A stretch of 60,061 nucleotides of DNA, counting the filler. It is 3 parts of 3 records of this genome, joined end to end, with 100 filler letters (N's around TTAATTAATTAA, not from the genome) between each part and the next. Parts side by side here need not be neighbours in the genome. Positions count along the whole stretch, not along the records: positions 1 to 20,845 come from SRR20825019_2707; 2 more parts are not named here. One strand, given 5' to 3'. A model generated the notes under the pieces. It worked only from the letters and a program-made list of their open reading frames with translations. It ran no database searches and had not been told where the DNA came from. The translations under genes were made by a program, and so were the position numbers. Positions 8,026-17,744 of the stretch are shown piece after piece (positions within the stretch are counted from its first letter, which is position 1; every line of letters starts with the position of its first letter).

Positions 8026-10105
8026 AGAGGGTTTCCTCACTCGGAAACTCAACGATAGCCGGATAGCAGTCCACAGACTTGTGCTGGTGGCATTTCTATT
8101 GGGAGGTGTGCTCGGCGGAGCCGTCGGCAGGTTCGATTGGGGAAACGGCTTTTTTTACGACCTGGCCGTTGCAATGAATGCCAGTCGTTCTGTCAGTTCC
8201 GAAACACACACGGCCATTATCGCGATTGATGCCGAAAGCCTGTCCTCTGGCTCTCTTTCGGCGATCCCGCGAACATTGATGCAGCCGGTTCTCGCTGAAG
8301 CGCTGAACACTCTTCTGGAGGCCAAGGCTGAGGCCGTTGGTTTCGATATTCTTCTGAGCTATTCGGGAAATCGCTGGCAGCCGGATCATGACAAGCCGCT
8401 TATCAGGGCTCTTTACGAAGGGCGGGGCAGAGTGGTGCTTGGGAGGTCCTCCAATTCATTACCAGCTGCGCCTTTTGTCGCCGCTCTGGGCTTTGATGAA
8501 GAGAGCCTTGGAGCGATGGAACTTGTACCCTCGGCTGACGGTGTCTACCGGCTTGTGAGAGACGGGACGGTGCTCGAAGATGGGGAGGAGGTTCCCAGTC
8601 TTGTTGCTGCAACACTCGCCAATGCGGGGCGGGAAATGCCAGCGGATGTTGTGCTTGGCGACGGGCGTGCGATGCTCAGTCTGCCTGTTTATGGACTTTC
8701 CGATTTACTTTCCTGCGCTGATACCGCTCCCGGATTACTGCGGGAGGCTTTCGAAAATCGCATAATCTTCATCGGAAGCTGGTTGGACGAAGAGGACAGG
8801 AAGCGCTCTTCGGCGCGTTTCGTGCGCCCGGACGCAAGTCCGGCTCGTCCGGCGGCGGGCCCGGAGAATTGCGCCCTGCGGCGGATTGAGGTTTCTGCCT
8901 CGGACGGAAGCATTCCGGGGGTTCTGTTGCACGCGCTGGCGGCAGAGGCGGTGATGGCAGACAGGATAATCCGGACCGTTGACTGGCCTTATCTTGTCTT
9001 GCTGGCATCGGTGACGGCCGGCCTGAGCGTATTCGCGAGTATGTCTCTGTCGCCGGGATATTCGCTTCCGCTGGGCATCGTGTTTGCGGCGTTAATCTGG
9101 GCGCTTTCCAGTCTGCTCCTCGCCAGAATGATCTGGCTGCCTCCCGCAGCCCCCATGATTGGTATTCTTTCCGGTACGCTTTTGGTCTTCCCCGTGCGCT
9201 TTCTCAACGAGCGCGCCCGGCGGCACGGTATCCACAGGGCCTTTCGCCAGTATCTTGCGCCGGAGATGGTCGAGCGGATCCTGCGCGACCCCAGCCAGCT
9301 TCATCTCGGCGGAGAAGTACGGGAGCTGACTGTTATGTTTTGCGACATGCGCGGTTTCACGGCTTTTTCCGAGAGGATGGCGGATCGCCCGGAAGAACTC
9401 GTGCGGATCCTCAATCGTCTCCTGACGGTGCTGACGGAGCCGATTTTGAAACATGGCGGGACCGTGGACAAATATATGGGCGATGCTGTGATGGCATTCT
9501 GGAATGCTCCGGTTCCCGATCCGGATCATGCAAAGCATGCGGTCGCTGCGGCGCTGGACATGCTTGCTGCGGTTCAGGGGGTGAACGAGGAACTTCATTC
9601 CGGAGAAGCGAACCCGGAGATTGGTGAAAACGTCTTCCGTGTCGGCATAGGGATCCATACCGGTGCAGCGATCGTCGGAAATATGGGATCCGAGCAGCGG
9701 TTCGACTATACGGTCGTCGGCGATACCGTGAATCTGGCTTCGCGACTTGAGACGCAATGCAAGACCCTCGGCGCGGATATTATCGTGAGCGAAGATACAA
9801 TCCGGCAGGCACCTGGCTTAGCCGTTCTGGAACTCGACGAGATTCAAGTCAGAGGACGGAAATCTAGCACTGTTATTTTCGCCGTGACGGGAGGGCGTGA
9901 AAAGGCGGAAACCACCGAATTTAACCGCCTTCGGGATCGGCATGCGCATTTTCACGAACTATGCCGTCAGGGAGAAGGGGGCAAAGCAAGCCAGCTTGGC
10001 CTTGAATTGGCACAGGAAAACCCGTCGCTCTGTCTGTTTTATAAATCGAAGATCGTCAGTACCGAAGCAGACGTTGGGGAGAATGATGTGCCTACTGTGA
10101 GGTGA
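8015..10105 (+). CDS. CHASE2-domain class III adenylate cyclase
   Basis: N-terminal TM; CHASE2 motifs (IIAIDAESL, VGFDILL, DADGVYR-like, RIIFIG, PGVLLHA); 3 TMs; cyclase motifs FCDMRGFT, DKYMGDAVMAFWNAP, DYTVVGDTVNLASRLE. K/T residues indicate ATP specificity. Confidence 0.93.
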   Translation: MPNEEGFLTRKLNDSRIAVHRLVLVAFLLGGVLGGAVGRFDWGNGFFYDLAVAMNASRSVSSETHTAIIAIDAESLSSGSLSAIPRTLMQPVLAEALNTLLEAKAEAVGFDILLSYSGNRWQPDHDKPLIRALYEGRGRVVLGRSSNSLPAAPFVAALGFDEESLGAMELVPSADGVYRLVRDGTVLEDGEEVPSLVAATLANAGREMPADVVLGDGRAMLSLPVYGLSDLLSCADTAPGLLREAFENRIIFIGSWLDEEDRKRSSARFVRPDASPARPAAGPENCALRRIEVSASDGSIPGVLLHALAAEAVMADRIIRTVDWPYLVLLASVTAGLSVFASMSLSPGYSLPLGIVFAALIWALSSLLLARMIWLPPAAPMIGILSGTLLVFPVRFLNERARRHGIHRAFRQYLAPEMVERILRDPSQLHLGGEVRELTVMFCDMRGFTAFSERMADRPEELVRILNRLLTVLTEPILKHGGTVDKYMGDAVMAFWNAPVPDPDHAKHAVAAALDMLAAVQGVNEELHSGEANPEIGENVFRVGIGIHTGAAIVGNMGSEQRFDYTVVGDTVNLASRLETQCKTLGADIIVSEDTIRQAPGLAVLELDEIQVRGRKSSTVIFAVTGGREKAETTEFNRLRDRHAHFHELCRQGEGGKASQLGLELAQENPSLCLFYKSKIVSTEADVGENDVPTVR

Positions 10106-10156
10106 ATTAAATGGCTCTTGTGCCCGACGATCCAGAATAGCGGTTCCTTCCCCAAA

Positions 10157-10179
10157 AGAAGCGCATATAATGCGCTTCT
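10157..10179 (+). promoter_or_regulatory. Palindromic operator overlapping a TATAAT -10 box
   Basis: AGAAGCGCAT-ATA-ATGCGCTTCT with TATAAT at 10166-10171, directly before the AAGGAGG RBS of the XRE gene. Confidence 0.6.
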
Positions 10180-10191
10180 CAAGGAGGCGGT

Positions 10192-10437
10192 ATGACGTCC
10201 GGTGAATTCAAAAAGCTCAGAAAATTCCTGAAGCTCTCGCAGAAGGAAATGGCGGAAGCGCTCGGTCTGAAGCGCCGCATGATCCAGTATTATGAAAAGG
10301 GCGAGCGGGATGGCGAGTCTCTAGATATTCCGAAAGCCGTGGAATTGGCCTGTTTTGCCCTGGCCGCGGGGGTGCGTGAATATACATTCAATGCCGCGAA
10401 AAGCCTGCCCAAGCAGGCCGAGACTTCAACTCTCTGA
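10192..10437 (+). CDS. Small XRE-family HTH regulator
   Basis: LRKFLKLSQKEMAEALGLKRRMIQYYEKG HTH_3 pattern. Confidence 0.85.
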   Translation: MTSGEFKKLRKFLKLSQKEMAEALGLKRRMIQYYEKGERDGESLDIPKAVELACFALAAGVREYTFNAAKSLPKQAETSTL

Positions 10438-11439
10438 CGGGACTGCTGCCTGTCTCTGCCGCACCCTCTCACGGTGCAGGATATAAAGCCCGCTGCCGAT
10501 AACCAGCACCGTTCCGCCCAGTATCCAGAGATCCGGGACAGCCCCCCAGACGAAGAACCCGATCAGCACTGCCCAGATCATGCTTGTATATTTGAACGGG
10601 GTGACAAAGCCCGCTTCACTATAGCGAAAAGCCTCGATCATGAGGAACTGGGCGGCACCGACAAAGAGACTGCTCAACCCGAAGAGCAGGATGTGGGGCA
10701 GGGCAACGGGTTGCCAGTCGGTGAACGGGTAACTGGCGAAGCCCGAGAGGGTTACGAGGCTCATACCCACGGCAAGCATTGAGAGGGTGCTCTCTGTCCG
10801 GTGCATCTTGCGGGTCACGATATCCCTGAAGGATCCCATGACCGTCGCGAACAAAGGCAGCAGAGCCACGGCTGAAAAGGTTTGGGGTGTCGGCTTCACC
10901 ATGATCAGCACGCCGCAGAAACCGACGAGGATCGCCAGCCAGCGCCGCCAGCCGACCTGCTCGCCCAGCAGAGGGACGACGAGTGCCGCTGTCACGATCG
11001 GTCCGGCGAAAGCGATGGCCGTTGCATCGGCGATGGCCATGAGCTTCAGGGCCCAGATGAAGCTGTAAGTACTGAAGACGATGATTGCGGCACGGGTGAG
11101 CTGGAACTGCCAATGGGTGACGCGCAACTGGCTGCGGCGTCCGGTCGCGAAAGCAAAGCCGAAGATCAGTGCCAAAACCAGGACGCCGCGCAGGGCCACA
11201 ACCTGCCCGACCGGATAGACGTCGGTCAGCCATTTCGCGATCCCGTCATTCAGCGAGACGAGGCCGATACCGCCGGTCATGCAGATAGCGCCATACATCC
11301 AGCCGAATCTCGGACTTCCAGCAGGAGGTTCGATTGGGGCTGTGACCGGCGCGACATTTGAGGCGGGGGAGATCGAACCCCCTGGGATTGTTTCTTTTTT
11401 GGGAGCCACGATGGAGTCCTTTTGTCGGACTCCGACCAT
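10426..11439 (-). CDS. DMT/EamA family transporter
   Basis: About 10 TMs; LLGEQVGWRRWLAILVGFCGVL, APFKY-like VTPFKYT. Confidence 0.88.
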   Translation of the reverse strand: MVGVRQKDSIVAPKKETIPGGSISPASNVAPVTAPIEPPAGSPRFGWMYGAICMTGGIGLVSLNDGIAKWLTDVYPVGQVVALRGVLVLALIFGFAFATGRRSQLRVTHWQFQLTRAAIIVFSTYSFIWALKLMAIADATAIAFAGPIVTAALVVPLLGEQVGWRRWLAILVGFCGVLIMVKPTPQTFSAVALLPLFATVMGSFRDIVTRKMHRTESTLSMLAVGMSLVTLSGFASYPFTDWQPVALPHILLFGLSSLFVGAAQFLMIEAFRYSEAGFVTPFKYTSMIWAVLIGFFVWGAVPDLWILGGTVLVIGSGLYILHRERVRQRQAAVPSES

Positions 11440-11515
11440 CTACCTATCGCTCTGAATTCGCAAGTCTGCTTACACGGGATTGGCGCCGGTCGGGGCAAGT
11501 GCTATCAGGCGTGCC

Positions 11516-13411
11516 ATGATCCAGATTACAGACATGACTTTCCGCATTGCGGGCCGCACCCTTTTCGAAGAAGCATCGGCGACGATCCCGGACGGCCACA
11601 AGGTTGGCCTTGTCGGCCGGAACGGTACCGGCAAGTCCACTTTGCTGAAATTGCTCACCGATACCTATCACCCGGATGGCGGAGATATTGTCATCAGTGG
11701 TGGCCGTGGTGTGGAAGATCCGATCGGCATGGTGTCCCAGGAAGCACCGAGCGGACCGGACACACCGCTTGAGGTTGTGCTGCGCGCCGACAAGGAGCGG
11801 GAACGGCTGATCCAGGAATCCGAAACCACGCAGGATCCGATGCGGATTGCCGAGGTGCAGACGCGGCTTGCCGATATCGGCGCCCATGCCGCGCCGGCCA
11901 AAGCGGCGGCGATCCTTGCCGGTCTCGGCTTCGAGGACTCCATGCAGTCCCAACCCATGTCGAGTTTCTCGGGTGGCTGGCGCATGCGTGTCGCCCTTGC
12001 GGCGGTGTTGTTCGCTGAGCCCGAGATCCTGCTGCTCGATGAGCCGACGAACCATCTCGATCTTGAAGCCACGGTCTGGCTGGAGACCTATCTCGCGCGG
12101 TATCCGAAAACGCTGGTGATCGTCAGCCATGACAGGGGCCTGCTGAACAAGGCGGTCGATGCCATCCTGCATCTCGAAAACAACCAGCTGACCCTCTATC
12201 AAGGCGGCTACGACCGGTTCGAGAAAACCCGGGAAGAGCGGCTGGCCCAGATCGAGGCACAGCGCACCAAGCAATCCGCCCAGCGCAAGCATATGGAAGC
12301 CTTCATCGAGCGCTTCCGCTACAAGGCCTCGAAGGCCCGGCAGGCCCAAAGCCGGATCAAGGCGTTGGAAAAAATGGGCAAGTTGCCCGATGCGGTGAAC
12401 GAGCCGACCACCCGGTTCAAATTTCCAAACCCGGAAGAGCTGCCGCCGCCATTGGTGACGTTCGACAATGCCAGCGTCGGTTACGAGCCCGGAAAACCGA
12501 TCCTGCGTGGCCTCAGTCTGCGCATCGACGGAGATGACCGGATCGGGCTGCTCGGCCGGAACGGTAACGGCAAGTCAACACTGGCAAAGCTGATTGCGGG
12601 CAGACTTGCGCGGTTCGATGGTGACGAACACCGCACAGCCAAGCTTCGTGTCGGGTTCTTCGCCCAGCATCAGGTTGAGGATCTTGACCCGGAAGCGACA
12701 GCCGCCGAACACATGGCGCGGCTGATGCCGGGCGCGGCTCCGGACAAGGTCCGGGCGCGGCTCGGCGGCGTTGGCCTGGTGCAGGACAAGCAGACGACCA
12801 AGTCGAAGCATTTGTCCGGGGGCGAGAAAGCGCGCCTGACGCTGGCTCTGATCACCTATGACAGCCCGCATGTCCTGATCCTCGACGAGCCGACGAACCA
12901 TCTGGACATCGATGCCCGTGACGCGCTGGTGCAGGCGATGAACGATTATACCGGCGCCGTCATTCTGATCAGCCATGACAGACGCCTGCTGGAGCTCACG
13001 GTAGACCGGCTCTGGCTTGTTTCTGGTGGGGGCGTGAAACCCTATGACGGCGATCTCGACGGGTATCGTGACTGGCTGCGTCAGGAAGAACGTGCGGCCG
13101 CCCGTGCAGAGAATGGCTCGGCTGGGCCGGAGAAGAAAAACGACCGCAAACAGGCCCGCAAGGATGCGGCTGATCGGCGCAAGCAAACCGCGGATCTCCG
13201 CAAGCGGGCGCGCGAGCTGGAAAAGAACATCGAGAAATTGAACCAGCATAAAGCCAAACTCGAAGCACAGCTTGCCGACCCCAAGCTGTATGAAGGACCG
13301 ACATCGGACATGAAGGCGCTGATCCTGAAGAAAGAAGCAGTGAATCAGGAGCTGGAAGTTACGGAAGCGGAGTGGCTGGAAGCAGAAGCGGCTCTGGAAG
13401 AAACAAAATAA
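11516..13411 (+). CDS. ABC-F family ATPase (YheS/Uup-like)
   Basis: Two NBDs (GRNGTGKST, FSGGWRMR, LLLDEPTNHLD; GRNGNGKST, LSGGEKAR), no TMs, C-terminal coiled coil. Confidence 0.93.
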   Translation: MIQITDMTFRIAGRTLFEEASATIPDGHKVGLVGRNGTGKSTLLKLLTDTYHPDGGDIVISGGRGVEDPIGMVSQEAPSGPDTPLEVVLRADKERERLIQESETTQDPMRIAEVQTRLADIGAHAAPAKAAAILAGLGFEDSMQSQPMSSFSGGWRMRVALAAVLFAEPEILLLDEPTNHLDLEATVWLETYLARYPKTLVIVSHDRGLLNKAVDAILHLENNQLTLYQGGYDRFEKTREERLAQIEAQRTKQSAQRKHMEAFIERFRYKASKARQAQSRIKALEKMGKLPDAVNEPTTRFKFPNPEELPPPLVTFDNASVGYEPGKPILRGLSLRIDGDDRIGLLGRNGNGKSTLAKLIAGRLARFDGDEHRTAKLRVGFFAQHQVEDLDPEATAAEHMARLMPGAAPDKVRARLGGVGLVQDKQTTKSKHLSGGEKARLTLALITYDSPHVLILDEPTNHLDIDARDALVQAMNDYTGAVILISHDRRLLELTVDRLWLVSGGGVKPYDGDLDGYRDWLRQEERAAARAENGSAGPEKKNDRKQARKDAADRRKQTADLRKRARELEKNIEKLNQHKAKLEAQLADPKLYEGPTSDMKALILKKEAVNQELEVTEAEWLEAEAALEETK

Positions 13412-13429
13412 AGCGGGAGGAGGGCAGCC

Positions 13430-15022
13430 ATGCCCCGGACGATCACTGCGCGCGAACTTCACGATGCGCTTTACGGAACCGGTGAAATTGCCCTCATTGA
13501 TGTAAGGCCGGAAGCGGTATTTGGTGCGAACCATATCCTTCTCGCTGCAAATATTCCGCTCGGTCATCTTGAGCTACGCATGGCGGACCTTGTCCCCCGG
13601 CTCTCTGTCTCCGTTGTTCTGTGCGATGGCGGGGAGGGGCTGGCGGAGCTCGCGGCTCAGCGCTTGGCGGGGCTTGGCTATACGGACATCTCTATCCTCG
13701 AAGGCGGTGTGAATGCCTGGGGCGCGGCCGGTCTTGAGCTTTTCAGCGGGCTTTATGTGCCGAGCAAGGCCTTCGGCGAATATGTCGAGCACGAATATGA
13801 AACCCCGTCGGTTTCCGCCGAGGAACTGCACCGGATGATGGAGCAGGGGGAGAATATGGTGGTGCTGGACTCGCGGCCGATGGGCGAGTTCACCATGATG
13901 AACATCCCGACCGGAATCGACATGCCCGGCGCCGAGCTGGTCTATCGGGTACAGGAGGCGGCATCCGATCCGAGCACGACAATCGTGGTCAATTGCGCCG
14001 GCCGGACCCGCAGTATTATCGGCGCCCAGTCCCTGATCAATGCGGGGGTTCCGAACAAGGTGGTCGCGCTGCGTAACGGCACCATGGGATGGCATCTGGC
14101 GGGGTATCAGCTTGAGCATGGAAACGTGCGCCCGCCGCCGGAAGTCAGCCCCGAGGGACGGAATCTCGCACGCCAGCGATCGCGGTCAGCGGCTGACCGT
14201 TTCGGTGTGCGCCGTGTCGATGCCAAAACTTTGGAGGGCTGGCGCTCGGAAGCCGCGGAGCGCACGCTCTATGTGCTTGATGTCCGGACAATCGAAGAAT
14301 TCGAAGCAGGGCACATCGCAGGGTCTCGCCATGCTCCCGGCGGGCAGCTCGTGCAGTCGACAGACTCCTATATGGGGATCCACCGGGCGCGGGTGGTTCT
14401 GGTCGATCCGGAATTCGTACGGGCGGAAATGTCCGCGAGCTGGCTCCGGCAACTCGGCTGGGAAGAGGTGTACGTCCTCGATACCGGGTTTGATGGCCAG
14501 ACGCTGGAGAAAGGCGCGCGCACTCCTGTTCTGCTGGGGGATTTGCCCGCTGTTGATCTGCTGTCTCCTGATGAGGCGAAGCGGAATGCCGATGCAGGCG
14601 CCGCTTTCGTTGATCTGACCCGGAGTCTCGACCATCGGGACAATCATCCGGAAGGAGCCCGATGGGGCAAGAGGGAGACGCTTGAAGGCGATCTTAAGGC
14701 TATTGGCTGCTCTGAAGCCGTTTTGACTGCGGCTGACCATCGGCTGGCAGTCCTGGCCGCTGGCGATCTGGCAGAATCGGGAATTCGCTGCACGGTGATT
14801 GATGGCGGAAGCCGGGCCTGGGAAATGGCCGGCCTTCCAATGGCGGCCGGTATGGGCGCGCCATTGGCTGTTTTGGATGATGTATTTATGCGTCCCTACG
14901 ATAAGGACGCAGGCAAAGCGGAGATGGAACGGCGGATGAACGCCTATCTAAGCTGGGAGGTGGGGCTGGTCGAGCAGATCGGACGCGCCGGCGGCATCAG
15001 TTTCCAATCCTATCGGAACTGA
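13430..15022 (+). CDS. Multi-domain (about 4x) rhodanese / sulfurtransferase
   Basis: Repeated DVR/DSR...HI...LEGG..W modules; active-site-like VVNCAGRTRS in domain 2. Confidence 0.85.
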   Translation: MPRTITARELHDALYGTGEIALIDVRPEAVFGANHILLAANIPLGHLELRMADLVPRLSVSVVLCDGGEGLAELAAQRLAGLGYTDISILEGGVNAWGAAGLELFSGLYVPSKAFGEYVEHEYETPSVSAEELHRMMEQGENMVVLDSRPMGEFTMMNIPTGIDMPGAELVYRVQEAASDPSTTIVVNCAGRTRSIIGAQSLINAGVPNKVVALRNGTMGWHLAGYQLEHGNVRPPPEVSPEGRNLARQRSRSAADRFGVRRVDAKTLEGWRSEAAERTLYVLDVRTIEEFEAGHIAGSRHAPGGQLVQSTDSYMGIHRARVVLVDPEFVRAEMSASWLRQLGWEEVYVLDTGFDGQTLEKGARTPVLLGDLPAVDLLSPDEAKRNADAGAAFVDLTRSLDHRDNHPEGARWGKRETLEGDLKAIGCSEAVLTAADHRLAVLAAGDLAESGIRCTVIDGGSRAWEMAGLPMAAGMGAPLAVLDDVFMRPYDKDAGKAEMERRMNAYLSWEVGLVEQIGRAGGISFQSYRN

Positions 15023-15053
15023 GCGCGCCGGCTTCCGTCATGGCCGAATCTCG

Positions 15054-16238
15054 CTATGCAAGAGCGCCCATGCGCTCGAAACCGGCCTCAAGGTCCGCTA
15101 TGAGATCGGCTTCATCCTCCAGCCCGGCATGAATACGCAGAAGCTGCCCCGGATGATCCCACTGTGTTGCGGTACGTGCCGCAGCGGGATCTCCGGGAAG
15201 AATTAGGCTTTCATAGCCGCCCCAGCTCGCGCCCATGCCGTAGAATTCAAGCCCATCCAGAAAGGCGGCAAGCGCCGTTTTTGATACTGGATTGAGAACA
15301 AAAGAAAAAAGTCCGCTGGAGCCGCTGAAGTCCCGTTTCCAGAAATCGTGTCCCGGACAAGAAGGCAAGGCTGGATGCAACACGCGCTCGACTTCGGGTC
15401 TGTCCTGTAACCATTTGGCCAGCACCAGAGCTGATTTCTCGTTCTGCGCGAGCCGTACGGCCATTGTTCTGAGCCCGCGTTGCGCCAGATACAGATCGTC
15501 CGGGCCGGAGCAGTTGCCCTGCATATAAACCATGTCGCGGACTGCACCGGCATGGGCGCTCCGGCTGGCGATGGTGCCCATCATGATGTCGGAATGACCG
15601 CAGATATATTTCGTCACCGCCTCGACAACGATATCGACGCCATGCTCCAGAGCGTTGAAATAGAGTGCTGTCGCCCAGGTGTTGTCCATGATGACGGTCG
15701 CATCGTGCTGATGCGCGATGGCCGCGAGCCTGGGGATATCAGAGACCTCGAAAGTTATGGTTCCGGGGGCTTCCAGATAGACCACCCTGGTTTCCTGCCG
15801 GATATTCTCTGCAAGCTGCTCCGGCTTCATCGGGTCGAAATAGCTTGAAGAGACCCCGAACCGCTTGAGAAAGCCTTCCGCGAACTTCCGTGTCGGGAAA
15901 TAAACGTTGTCAGCCAACAGGATATGATCGCCGGCAGAGACCTGGCTGAGGATGGCGCAGCAGAGAGCGGCGAGACCGGAAGAAACCGCGATGGCATCGT
16001 CGGAGCCGTATAGGGCAGCGACGGCTTCCTCGAAGGAGCGGCTGGTCGGCGTTCCACGGCGCCCGTAACGGTAGCCCTCGAATTCCGGTTTCCGGGATGC
16101 TTCGAGTTCCGCGAGGGTAGGTTTGAGAATCGTTGAGGCATGGTAAACCGGTGGATTGATGATCCCATGGTTGTGGTGCGGATCTCGTCCCGCGTGAGCG
16201 ACGAGGGTGCGCATTTTGGTTTTTGTGCCGGTTTTCAT
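15054..16238 (-). CDS. metC: Cystathionine beta-lyase
   Basis: NPPVYHAST, YGRRGTPT, DNTWAT, TKYICGHSD, SWGGYESL, LRIHAGLED; divergent from aapJ as in rhizobia. Confidence 0.92.
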   Translation of the reverse strand: MKTGTKTKMRTLVAHAGRDPHHNHGIINPPVYHASTILKPTLAELEASRKPEFEGYRYGRRGTPTSRSFEEAVAALYGSDDAIAVSSGLAALCCAILSQVSAGDHILLADNVYFPTRKFAEGFLKRFGVSSSYFDPMKPEQLAENIRQETRVVYLEAPGTITFEVSDIPRLAAIAHQHDATVIMDNTWATALYFNALEHGVDIVVEAVTKYICGHSDIMMGTIASRSAHAGAVRDMVYMQGNCSGPDDLYLAQRGLRTMAVRLAQNEKSALVLAKWLQDRPEVERVLHPALPSCPGHDFWKRDFSGSSGLFSFVLNPVSKTALAAFLDGLEFYGMGASWGGYESLILPGDPAAARTATQWDHPGQLLRIHAGLEDEADLIADLEAGFERMGALA

Positions 16239-16617
16239 GCGATCTCCGAAATTATAAAGGGGTATCGAGAAGATTCTGTATTTGAGATTTTATTGTCAAA
16301 AAAGCACGGATGTCCGCCGAAAATACGCGAGGGTTGCAGTGACGGCATGGATATTCCTGACCGGCCGGTTCTTCTCGCACTTGCAAAACACCGCAACGGC
16401 GTGTTGGAATTACCTCTACTGTCATGAAGTCTGGCTCCAAGGTCATCCGTGTTTCGTTCAAGTTGATCGAGCAAAGGAAAGAAAAAGCCGAGTAGTCGGA
16501 GTACATGACAGTGAACAACGACCGGGATCCACGGGGGCGATCCTAAGTCTTAGTCAGGGGTATGCAGACCGGGACAACCGGCCGTCGTTAACCGAAACAT
16601 AACAGGGTGGGTTTAGG

Positions 16618-17661
16618 ATGAAGAAACTGAGTCTTTTGGGCCTTGGCCTCGGCATGATGGCCAGCCTAGGCTTCACAGCCGAAATGGCGTCCGCGCAAAG
16701 CACGCTGGACATCGTGAAGCAACGGGGACATCTGCGGTGCCAGGTCGGCACTCCGGCTCCGGGCTTCTATCAGCTTGATGAAAAGGGTGACTGGTATGGT
16801 AGCGACGTGGCCATCTGCCGCGCCGTTGCAGCCGCCATCTTTGACGATCCGAGCAAAGTGGAATTCCAGTCCGTGACCAGCGCGGTGCGTTTCACCGCCA
16901 TGGCCAACGGTGAGTCCGACGTGCTGTCCCGCACGACGACCTGGACTCTGTTCCGTGACACGCAGCTCGGCCTCGATTTCACGGCCGTTAACTTCTATGA
17001 CGGCCAGGGCTTCATGGTCGACAAGGACCTGGGCGTAAGCAGCGCGCTTGAACTGAAGGGCGCGACCGTCTGCGTGCTGACCGGCACCACGACCGAACTG
17101 AACCTTACCGACTTCAGCCGCACCAACGATCTTGAGATCGAGCCGGTTGTCTTCGAAGATTCCAACGTCCGTGACGATACCTTCGCCAAGGGCGGCTGTG
17201 ACGCGATCACCAACGACAAGTCCAGCCTGGCCTCCACCCGCGCGAAATTCCCGGATGCATCCAAGTATGTCGTGCTTCCGGAAACGATTTCCAAAGAGCC
17301 GCTTGGTCCGGTCGTTCGCCAGAACGATTCCCAGTGGATGGATATCGTGAAATGGACCGTCTTCGCCCTGATTCAGGCCGAGGAAATGGGCATCGACAGC
17401 ACCAATATCATGGATATGGCCGCCAACCCGGCCTCTCCTGAAATGGCGCGTATGCTCGGTGTCGAAGGCGACCTGAACAAAGGTCTCGGCCTTGAGCCGG
17501 ACTGGGTTGTCCGTATCATCAAGCATATCGGCAACTACGGTGAAGTGTACGAAGAGTACATGGGCACTAAAGGTGAGTTCGCCATTGGTATCCCGCGTGA
17601 CGGCAGCCCGAACGCACTGTGGACCAAGGGCGGTCTGATGTACTCCCCGCCGTTCCGGTAA
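16618..17661 (+). CDS. aapJ: General L-amino acid ABC substrate-binding protein (AapJ/BztA)
   Basis: CRAVAAAIF, LSRTTTWT..RD, FYDGQGFMV, GTTTELN, ISKEPLGP, GNYGE, GLMYSPPFR. Confidence 0.93.
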   Translation: MKKLSLLGLGLGMMASLGFTAEMASAQSTLDIVKQRGHLRCQVGTPAPGFYQLDEKGDWYGSDVAICRAVAAAIFDDPSKVEFQSVTSAVRFTAMANGESDVLSRTTTWTLFRDTQLGLDFTAVNFYDGQGFMVDKDLGVSSALELKGATVCVLTGTTTELNLTDFSRTNDLEIEPVVFEDSNVRDDTFAKGGCDAITNDKSSLASTRAKFPDASKYVVLPETISKEPLGPVVRQNDSQWMDIVKWTVFALIQAEEMGIDSTNIMDMAANPASPEMARMLGVEGDLNKGLGLEPDWVVRIIKHIGNYGEVYEEYMGTKGEFAIGIPRDGSPNALWTKGGLMYSPPFR

Positions 17662-17676
17662 GAAATCCAATACAGC

Positions 17677-17703
17677 AGGCCCGGTCGAAACTCGACCGGG
17701 CCT
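17677..17703 (+). terminator. Intra-operon hairpin after aapJ (partial terminator or mRNA stabiliser)
   Basis: AGGCCCGGTCGA-AAC-TCGACCGGGCCT perfect 12-bp stem. Confidence 0.65.
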
Positions 17704-17744
17704 CTGTTCTTTGGATCACTTAATCTTACGCGGAGATCGGCTAT

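Noticed and set aside
3893-10105. Genomic island inserted at tRNA-Arg carrying porin, caspase and cyclase
   Set aside because: No integrase and no duplicated tRNA 3' end were found by eye.
16666-17670. Long antisense ORFs (also 1019-1870, 11444-12349, 12575-13567, 26140-27171, 1980-2873)
   Set aside because: They mirror well-supported genes or tRNAs in GC-rich, codon-biased DNA and show no motifs.
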